A stretch of DNA of 32,000 nt from Zygophlyctis sp. KS116 (taxonomy: Eukaryota > Fungi > Chytridiomycota): contig BAAFSQ010000094.1 of assembly GCA_054661495.1 (NCBI GenBank), positions 3,053-35,052 on the forward strand, read 5' to 3'. Below the pieces are notes generated by a model. That model searched no databases. It saw nothing but the letters and a program-made list of their open reading frames with translations, and was not told the DNA's origin. Both the position numbers and the translations under genes were made by a program. This document shows positions 23,046 through 32,000 of this stretch, piece after piece; within the stretch, counting starts at the first letter, position 1, and every line of letters starts with the position of its first letter.

Positions 23046-26000
23046 TTAGAAACTCGCATAATCTTTTGGAAACTTTAGCAAATTCCATCTTTTGTGCGCC
23101 TCATCCCATACTTTCCATTCTAGTTTTTCAAAAATGTTCATTTTCATATCTAAAAGTTTCCTTGAGATTCGTGAGTCAACGTCCTTCTTTTCTTGAAGGA
23201 ATTTTATAATTGCTAAAAGACTTGTTCCAGAGAATCCTTGAATATTTTGTCTCCAACTCCATAATAGTAAATAACGATCATGTAATTTTGGCTTATCTCC
23301 AACCCATTCACAGAGGTTTTTTAAAATTGAATCAAAATCATCAAGAGTTTTTTCGCTGGGACGAGAAGAATTATTTACATTCAATTTTTGGATAGCTGTA
23401 GCTTTTGCTATTAATGCGTATATCAACGAGCTTTTTCCCTTGTCCTTGGCAGAAGAGATCTCCTTCTCTGCAGGCGTTTTGTTTTCATGAGATACCCCAA
23501 AATACTTTGCCAATTCATCTTGTGAAATGATTGAAATCACTTTATCACTTAATTCAATAACTTTACGGCAAAGATTTTCATCTATACTTTCGGATTTATC
23601 CATTTTGTCAAATTCAATTTCAAGATTTTGATGATGTAAGGGCAAATGTGATGGGAATTCAGCGCACAATTTGATGCTTAAGCTACTTCGCAGATCATCA
23701 GACTTGAGTTTAGAAAGCCAAGAAATTTCTAGATCGCGTACGGCTTCTCTAATTAATTGGTCCTCCTTTTTCAATTCATCTACTGATTTCTTTCCTTCAA
23801 ATTTGGGAATATCAGGCGGGACCAGATACTGAACATTATACATTGGACCATCCAACTTTTTTCCTTCAAGAATATCAAGCTTTCCAAGGAGTATATCTCC
23901 ATATTTAACTTCTTTAGGAAGCGAAGAGGAGTTACCAACAAAAAAGCATACTCTATCCCCTCTTTGCAATGTTTTCTTTTTAAAAACGCCATCAGGATTT
24001 CCAGTGGTTAACTCACCTATTGAAGTTGCAATAGGGAGAGTTGCCGACTTTGACATGGATATATCCAAAACTAGAGGCATATTGACCAGGTTATCTAGAG
24101 CTTCTACTCTTATAGATGACACCTGTACTTTAATTGTGTAGGTTCCTTCAGAAAGTTTGATAGCCTTGGGGTATATATCCTAAAGATTCATTCCAAATTA
24201 TAACCATACCTGATATGATAGCAGTCTTTTGTTATTATCAAATAGTAAAACGCAGAAATTATCAAGGGAGGATTCATATAAAACATGCTTATGCTGAGGG
24301 AACTGTGGAGTTACTGAGACATCACTATCAAGCTTAAATGTGTAAGTTAATTCCAAAGCATGGGCCTGTTTACCGTCGGGATGAACATCTCGAGACTGAA
24401 GAGCAACTACAGATGATTCCTCACTTGGTCTTATGACTCGACGAATCGTTTCTAACAATTAAATTGTCTAAAATTCACCTAGTGAGACCGAGGGAGAGAT
24501 TTCTTGTTTCCGAATCATCGCGCTTACATCAATTCGAGTGAATCCAGTGATCCCAGAGGTGATGCTTAGCTCTTCAAAGCAGCCAGCAGATGAGCCATAT
24601 CCACCCAGTGCATTTCCTGAGGCGGTACAAAATATTCCGTGGAATTTTAACTCAACTGTAACATTTGATCTATCAAGAGATGACCAAAATTGTGCAAGAC
24701 ACAGTTCCATAGTCACATTTGGGATAACTCTCAACCACTTGGAATATGTTGGAGAATCACTTTGGCTACCTGAATTATTTGAATTAAGAGCAAATGAAAG
24801 ATCGTGTTCAAATTGATTGTAGCGGCTTTGGGGAAGTAGCTGAATTATGTGCGCATAAAATCTAGCTGTAAAGTCTCGGTTTGCTGCGTTAATCCTGATC
24901 TCTGATTCATTAGTAAGAGGACATACCTAGGTAGTTAGATCCTGAAGGAACAGCTATAAATTTTCTCTTGATATGACCAGGGGCGAATTCTAAATTCGAA
25001 TACTTGATATAACCAGAGAGAACTTCACTATTGGAACTGGATGTCATTGACGTAGAGAGTGGTTCTGGTTTGCAAACCGCAACTGGAATATTAAACAACG
25101 GTCCTGAATCTTGATTATCAATATCATATGCACTAATCCTGCCAAAATATGCTCCTGGTTCTACAAATGTAGGATCGATATGAATACCAAAAGTTCGACC
25201 TCCAGCATTTAAGTGCAAGTTTTTGGGCACCTTGATCCAAGAATGACTACTCTTAAATTCTAGCTTGACTTCCATTTTTAATTTTGTTTCATTTTGTGAA
25301 GGATGATCATTATTTATAAAGTTTGGTGTTACAGAAACGTTAAAAGAATTAAGGCGTGATGTTTCTTCAGCATCTCTAAGATACACCCCACGATTGCTAC
25401 CAATTGAAACGTTGTAATCCAGATGAAAATTACTCAAATTACCAACTTTTAGCAGGTAATCCCATGCATCCTTAACTTGAATAAACTTTACGGAAAGACA
25501 GTCTCCGATGTCTTTTCCGGAATTCTGGATAGCTCTTTTGATGAGGTAAGGTGTATATATGCGTTTTTCCGCCTTTAATGCCGAGAGCAGCAAAGAAATA
25601 CAACCACAACAGTTTGGGGATGCCATGGAAGTTCCATTCATGAGCTGAGAATTCTGAATGGTAAACTGAGGGACTGAAGTTATAGCAGCACCCGGCGCAT
25701 ATATATCAACACCTTAATATTAAATACTCTGACTTACCGACATCACCATCCAAAGCCGGACCACGGGAAGACCAAGTATAAGGCCTTTCAGTCACATTCT
25801 TTAATAAAGCGTATTCAGCCTCCATCATTGACGCAGTGACAAACGCACCAACAGAAATCACACCAGAAGCAAATCCACCAGGTGCACCTACTGTACTTAA
25901 AGCAGGTCCCGCATTTCCAGCAGATGTAACAAAAACAATATTAGCCTTATTTACAACTTCCTTGGTCAACAAATTCAAAAATGTCCCATAGTTTGGTAAT

Positions 26001-27027
26001 GTACAAGCTTCACCATACGACATATTTGCAATATCAACCTTGAGCCTTACCATCTCATTAGCTGCCCTGACTAGACCCCTACCAGTCTCCATTGATCCTA
26101 GCCTATTATCTCCAATTTTCAAAGAGACGATTTGCGCACCAGGAGCAACACCATTAAGTTCTTCTTGTCCAGGAAAGTATGCAGCAGAAATAGCAGCAAC
26201 ATGCGTTCCATGAGCCCCTAAAATATTAAAAAAATCCTAAAAACCTGAAGTTGTAACTATAGATAACACCTTTCCACCATCATAAAAATTGACTGAAAAA
26301 TTCAACATTGAATCTACTCCAAAAGAGCTATATTCCTGTTCTAAATTATATTCTGCTAATAATTTATTTTTTGATAAATCTCCAGAAAACCCTGTATCAA
26401 CTACTGCTCTCCAAACATTCCCATCATTAAACCAAACACAATCATACACTAGAGGAGCTGTTTCAAACGCCTTGATTTCTTCTTTTAAACAATCTAATCT
26501 AGCCTTGTATTCCTCAACCCACTTTTCAAAATCTTGTTTTTCTTCATTTTTACAATTCAAGAGATTTTTCTGTGCCTCTTGCAACTTTACATGAACCTCT
26601 GTTACCAACTTTGAATGTTGAACATCAAAATAAACTCTACTTTCCTAAAATTTAAACCCAAAATTAAGCATACTCTTGATAATCTTTCCACCAAATCCTT
26701 TGGAAACAAATCATTTGCGCTTTTAAGCCCAAGATACACCTGATTATCTTTAATATTCCAATTTCCCAATTTTAATTCTCTTCCTGATAATCCTTGAACA
26801 GTTTTTTCTTGTATAGAGACCAGAGTTCCATAAACATCACCGGTCCCAGTACAGTCTATTATATTTGTAATTTTACTTAACCCGTGCGGAGTAGTTTGTA
26901 GTCCTGGAGCCGCTGGATCAACACCTGTATCAAGAATAGCAATTACGATATTTTTACCATTGTGAGTCTTTGAAAACTCTAGAGACTGAGTCTCTCGTTT
27001 GGGCAAAAGTCCTTGAAATCCATTCAT
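23046..27027 (-). CDS. TPP2: Tripeptidyl peptidase II (subtilisin S8); 7 exons, 1272 aa
   Basis: Start 'MNGFQGLLPKRET'. Introns 26645-26673, 26218-26244, 25713-25737, 24902-24926, 24452-24478, 24180-24209. Catalytic triad 'ILDTGVDP', 'HGTHVAAI', 'MNGTSMASP'; also 'YTWSSRGP' and 'ELCLAQFWSS'. Confidence 0.95.
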
Positions 27028-27172
27028 TTTAAATCTTTTATAAGAACGGGCCGACCGAGTCACTGGGCGCGTGTGCCACCGCCTGTCCGACTGCCACAGT
27101 ACTTGCTGTTTTACTGATAGTTTTAGTAGATAAATTAGGTAATAGATCAAAAAGTAGGAAATAATAAAATGA

Positions 27173-27748
27173 TTAAACAATACTTGACGTCTTCTTTATT
27201 TCTACCCAGTGATTGTCTGGATTTACTTTAAGTTTAAAGGGATCGTTTAGAGAATATATAATAAACGATGAGGCCATTCTAGTACTTATGACCTAATTTT
27301 AGCATTATAGTAGATACCTGTGAGATCCAAAATAGACTCGACTGAATGATTCGTGTTATGTTACCATGGCAATCAGATCCAGAACTGCAATATTTTAGAT
27401 AATCATTGAAAAAAGACATGAAGGATATAGATGCTAAAATACCCAAAATACTTGTAATTCCAAAATACTAGAATTATAAATTTATAATCTTACAGCCGAT
27501 ACAAGTCTAGTATTCAATAGAGATTTATTATTAAATGTATACAAGAGGAAAATAGATACGAGACAATTAATACTATAAGCCCAGATTATGTCATACCAGA
27601 CAAATTGAATAGATGATGAAATAGCTCTCCATAGAATTAAAAGTATACTTATGGCCTACAATCAATTAGGGAATATTACTATTTGGAAAATGCAGCTATA
27701 AAATAAGTGGAAAAGTGGTTTATCAAGTGATGTATAGTTTTTAGGCAT
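27173..27748 (-). CDS. Uncharacterised 166-aa protein with about four TM segments; 4 exons; not in the ORF track
   Basis: ATG 27748, phase-0 GT-AG introns 27656-27679, 27468-27493, 27293-27317, TAA at 27173. Product: MPKNYTSLDKPLFHLFYSCIFQI/AISILLILWRAISSSIQFVWYDIIWAYSINCLVSIFLLYTFNNKSLLNTRLVSA/YFGITSILGILASISFMSFFNDYLKYCSSGSDCHGNITRIIQSSLFWISQ/VISTRMASSFIIYSLNDPFKLKVNPDNHWVEIKKTSSIV. Confidence 0.8.
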
Positions 27749-27776
27749 GAAATCTTCCGTATCGATATTCTTTTTT

Positions 27777-30700
27777 CTATACAGAAAAGGTAGATTCTAA
27801 TTTGGTAATAAGTAATCCATATCCACGGCTTTCAGTCTTGACAAGAGTGTCTTTCCAATTAGGAAATGATACATGATTGTCATTAAAGAGTTTAAGAAGC
27901 ATATCTACATCCATTAATAAGGTTGAAAATAATCCTGCGTATTCCCAATGTCCAGATTCATAAAAAGATCGCTGTAAAAGCATGACTTCTTCAATATCGG
28001 TGCGGTTAAGAAGTGTATGCTCAACTGCAAGTTCTAGTTGAGATAGGCGTCGAAAGACACGGGTGGGAGTTATGGGAGACAAATCCCTCACCTTTTCAGA
28101 TGATGGGCATCGAGTCAAGGCTCGTGGGGATTTTCCGCCTGTTATTGTTTTTTCTGAAGAGAAATTGGGGGAATTAGGAACATGTGCCATTGAACTTCTC
28201 TTGCGTGGTCTCGAGCCTTCACTAAACTGTTGAAGATCATCTATATTTTAGTTTTAAAGTAATCACCAGGAAAAGACCAATTGAATTGTTCATGAAGATC
28301 CAACAATTTTTGGTACCAATTTTCAATTTTTTTAATGCTGTGATTTGAAAATACACTGGATATTACCTTGTACGCTTTAGAAAAGGAACTAGAGGAAACG
28401 AAAGTTCAATAGTAAATCTTCCCAGTATACGGAATTGTTCCTCTAGGAGTTGAAGTACATATCTTTCGACGATTGAATTCAATTCATCCTAGACTTAGTG
28501 AATAGGATTACATTATAAGTATCAAAGAGTTCTTTTAATTCCGGATTATCATTTTTTTCTAGTTTTTCAGCCTCGGCATCTAATTTCAATTCCAGATGTA
28601 TTTTTACCCTGAATAGACTTAAAAAATCGAATCAACTCTCTCCCAATCTAGTATCACGATAATATCATTAGCATACCTCGAAATCCATCATATCCAAAGC
28701 CTTACTGAGTAGTTCTAAAGCAAACTTGATTTAGTATTTAAATCAGGATCTCACCTTGCCACTAACTGAATATGGCTCAAGAGTTTGAATGATGATTAAA
28801 TACGACGTTGCGGTTGCTAAATAACCTGAATTTAAGGATTGCTGTGATTAAGATCAAGCAAAAATTACTTCAAAGAGAACTTTTGCATCTCCCACAATTG
28901 AGAAGAAAAACTTCCATAAGCTAACTTCGCTCTTTCTTGCACAATTGACAATAATATCCAGGTATGATGGGAAATATTCTAAAAATCTCACGACATTCGA
29001 CAATGCTAAAATATTTAAATAAAATAGGGATATTTTACCTTTAGAATGCTCAGTTTTTGAAGCATAATCATCTTCTAGAGCTCTGTGTAATAGTAATTCC
29101 AATGCATGAGTAAAATAGCTTAATTGGTCAAATTCTTTTGCAAAGCGTAACGCTTCTTCTGTTTGCCTATCATAAATGGTGTTGAATTTACCCATTTTGC
29201 AGATAGTAACGTAAAACAATGTGAATAAACAAGCATGTCTGAAATTAAAAAATTAATCATACTTTTGATTGGATTCTAAAGAATGAACAGCCCATATTGT
29301 TTCTCATTGAAACTTGCTGATCTATTCCTACAAGTATACCTTTGCTCATCATTACTGCCGCTGGATAAAAATCAATCGGTAGCTCCACAACATCAATTTC
29401 GTATCTAGTGCTACTTGAAGGGAATGTTGATAGATCCAAGTTTTGGAATCCAGTCCATATCTTGATATGAGAACCATGAAAAGTCCAAATAAAGTTGTTA
29501 AAAGAGTCGACTGAAGAATTGTCTTTTGACTTTTTCAAGTTGATCCAATAATATTCTACACCGTATGATATAATTGAAGACTCCCACACTCCATCAGAGT
29601 CAATCTGCAGATACATGAGGGTATCTCCATAGAAAATGAGTAATGGATCAAGCTTTAACATTGACTTGTCATCACACACAGATCGTCTTTCTACAGAACG
29701 AACCATTGCTGGGTTTGTAATTATATTATTCAAAACTATTTTCTGATGTAATATCAGTGCTGCGGATTCATCTATTTTTCAATTTAGTAAATATTACAGG
29801 AATTAATTTCCAGCACGTAATAATGAAGAGAGTTGTCGGCAAAATATACTAATAAGTTCACATCTTGATTGTTCATGGCTATCACAGGTTGATTTGAAGA
29901 GAGGGAATATACGCTTGAGTTCAAATCAAGGTTATCATCCTTTGAAAAAACCGCTATATTGTATCTTTTGGTACTTTCAAGCTGGTATGAAGCTACAAGA
30001 TAAGATCGGATCCAAAGAATGTGTGATATTCTAAATGCTTGCTCTTGCCGCTCGCTACCAAAAAGCTTCCATTTTCCTGTCAGCAGCGAATGATGAGCAA
30101 AACCGTGCTGACCGGCTACGGCTATAAAATTTCCACTAACGTCTATACTAGCGCATCTGATGGGCCATTGTCTAGCCATATAACTGGCCGGTATTTGAAT
30201 TGTACGCCATTGTAAAGGGTCTAAATTCAAAACATCAACATCTGTGAAATTCCCCTCGTAGATTAGCAAATGGTCGTCACACACTAAAAACATGTTTCTA
30301 CTATTTGCAGAATTCGAATTAAGACTATAACCACATTTAGCAAACTGAAGAGAATATAATTTGGGGGCTCGATCATGCTCATAATCATTAGAAGATAATA
30401 TAAACAATTCAAAGTCACCATCACCCCAAAAAATCTTGTCAACTCCACTGAAAAAGGTGTCGTAAGCACTTAAATCTGGAGTACTACCTGGACTATGAGG
30501 ATCATCCACATTAGCACTGGTTAGCAAATGCCCTTGTAAACTCCAAACTGCAATCCCACTATTTCTCCAGCCTGCAGCAATGGCTAGTCCATCAGAGGTC
30601 CAAGCAAGAGAACTTGTAGAACTCATTACTACTAGTGGCGTTTCATCAGGTTTTGAAAGCTTTAGCGAATGAGAGTATTCAAAAGACAAAGAATTTTCTG

Positions 30701-31630
30701 CATAAATAATAAAAAATATGAGTATATCTCCTCTAATATTGAAAAATCAATATTACCGTTCAGTCCCTATTGCTACTCTTGAAAACCTGTGATTAATTGC
30801 AACACAAGTTGCGGCTTCTGTTGAAACCTTTGATATATCAATATGAAACGCTCTCCAAGTATCAGCATAGGCCTGATTTCCACTCTAGATAATGAAAAAC
30901 TGAAATTACTTCCGAGTCATTTGGCGGAATTGCAATCCAAGCATCTCCATCAGTTGAAACCCATTCCATCAGCGCTAGATAATTATTCATTGAAAAATAG
31001 CTTAATCCTATACGAATTATTTAAATCAAATCACCATTAATTTGCTTACTGGTTGATCGCATTTCATCAAATTTCCATGATTTATTTGTATTTACTTCAC
31101 CATCCCAAGAAATAGACACCAGATAAGGCGACGAAGCACTTGAAATAAACATTTCATTTGTGTATCCAATTCCACTTAAATTAAGATTTATAGACTACCT
31201 TAAAACCCCAGATTCTATTTCCAGCGCCAATTTAAACTTGAGAATTACATTTGGAACACCATTTGCCTCTCCTACTCCATATATCCTATCGATCGGTCTT
31301 TGAAATTCAAATTTAGAGTCTGATCCAGAGACCACATCGTAAATATGCAAAAATCCCTTTGACGTTTGAACACAAATATTGAGTCCTCTAGAGTCCCAAA
31401 ACCCCTGAACATTCTCACCATCTTCATCTACTGTGATTTGTGATCTTACTACTGATGATAGCATTGCAGTTGGCTATTATATTAAACCCTATCTAGATTA
31501 CTCTACAACTCCATAAGCAAACAGAATTAGCAGTTAAAGTAATAAACGATGTTCCCAAGTAATCAAAAAGATCAATTATGGGCTGATCGTCAAAAGTATA
31601 GACTCTAGGTGAACCATACGCCAAAATCAT
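27777..31630 (-). CDS. RIC1: RIC1 (Rab6/Ypt6 GEF subunit, WD40 + RIC1 domain); about 17 exons, about 1141 aa
   Basis: Start 'MILAYGSPRV'. Introns 31474-31501, 31175-31198, 31008-31034, 30885-30909, 30733-30756, 29772-29797, 29239-29262, 29167-29191, 29006-29038, 28842-28868, 28725-28754, 28648-28676, 28580-28607, 28489-28511, 28338-28366, 28241-28266. Motifs 'WRTIQIPASYMARQWPIR', 'KWKLFGSERQEQ', 'YFTHALELLLH', 'IVNCARKSEVSLWKFFF', 'TATSYLIIIQTLE'. Confidence 0.93.
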
Positions 31631-31632
31631 TG

Positions 31633-31653
31633 AACACGCGAAATTTGACGCGT
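31633..31653 (-). promoter_or_regulatory. ACGCGT (MCB-like) plus TTTCGCGTGTT (E2F/SCB-like) directly upstream of RIC1
   Basis: The minus strand reads aaaACGCGTcaaaTTTCGCGTGTTcaATG, giving two CGCG cores within 21 nt in AT-rich DNA. Confidence 0.5.
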
Positions 31654-32000
31654 TTTGGTGGGTAAAGCACTTGCTGTTGGACGGATGAAACTCACAAACC
31701 ACTACGGAGACCTTGTAACTTGAGCGACTTTAAATCCAGGAAAAAGGTCAACTCTTTCTTCACTTTTTAAATCAAATTTTCATTTTATGATATTTCAACC
31801 CGTTCCACCGCAATAAATTTATCAATTTCCTCACATTTTTTCACATTAAAGATTCTGCTAACATCAGGATCTATTGGTCGACACATGATACCCTATTTTT
31901 AGCTGTCCCTGACCAAGGCGGCAACGCAGGATGCTCATTATTTGCCTAACCGAATGTGGCTTCATACTCTAGAGTTCGGACAAACCGGTGATTAACGAAA

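Noticed and set aside
9153-26594. Numerous 60-145 aa ORFs antisense or out of frame to dynein, OYE, hydrolase and TPP2
   Set aside because: These are shadow ORFs of long coding exons with no recognisable motifs.
27028-27180. N-terminal extension of TPP2 in the ORF track, and a PACE-like GGTGGCAC within it
   Set aside because: The start is non-ATG and TPP2 homology begins at MNGFQGLLPK. The PACE match is partial and Rpn4 is not known to me from this lineage.
27360-27373. Near-perfect RFX X-box GTTACCATGGCAAT
   Set aside because: It lies inside exon 3 of the four-TM gene (codons for DCHGN) and is not upstream of a ciliary gene, so it is probably coincidental.
27754-27782. Possible 29-nt GT..AAG intron removing the RIC1 stop and fusing RIC1 to the four-TM gene
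   Set aside because: Splicing it enters a different frame that stops after about 25 codons, so there is no fusion. The segment is also purine-rich with no branch motif.
3938-31702. Fragmented ORFs read as pseudogenes, frameshifts or an alternative genetic code
   Set aside because: Every break is bridged by a 23-33 nt GT(GC)-AG intron, giving full-length frames with standard stop codons. No stop-codon reassignment is needed.
31700-32000. Possible 3' end of another minus-strand gene ('IMCRPIDPDVSRIFNVKKCEEIDKFIAVERVEIS*') or an ncRNA
   Set aside because: I could not build a consistent spliced frame or recognise an RNA family, and the region is cut by the window edge. Left uncalled.

Overview
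Eukaryotic, AT-rich and extremely compact DNA. It most likely comes from a flagellated (zoosporic) early-diverging fungus such as a chytrid or relative; this is inferred from the mix of ciliary genes (dynein-2, DRC2) and fungal-type genes. The fragmented ORF track is explained by ultra-small spliceosomal introns. I resolved 56 introns by hand (23-33 nt, mean about 27), and removing them gives continuous reading frames for all 8 spliced genes. Thirteen genes are present: ankyrin-repeat protein, bHLH-ZIP factor, N-terminally truncated eIF3g, ACTMAP-like protease, EFM7 methyltransferase, Slm1-like BAR-PH protein, DRC2/CCDC65, cytoplasmic dynein-2 heavy chain (4191 aa), Old Yellow Enzyme, membrane-anchored alpha/beta hydrolase, TPP2, a 166-aa four-TM protein absent from the ORF track, and RIC1. 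The most notable signals are the mini-intron splicing system (25% AAG acceptors, one GC-AG intron, in-frame stops in nearly all 3n introns found), intergenic gaps of -4 to 168 nt including same-strand gaps of only 28 and 34 nt, the hidden four-TM gene, the truncated eIF3g, and an identical TTTCGCGTGTT motif just upstream of two start codons. I saw no prokaryotic system, mobile element, CRISPR array or RNA gene. All gene models are manual and have no transcript support.
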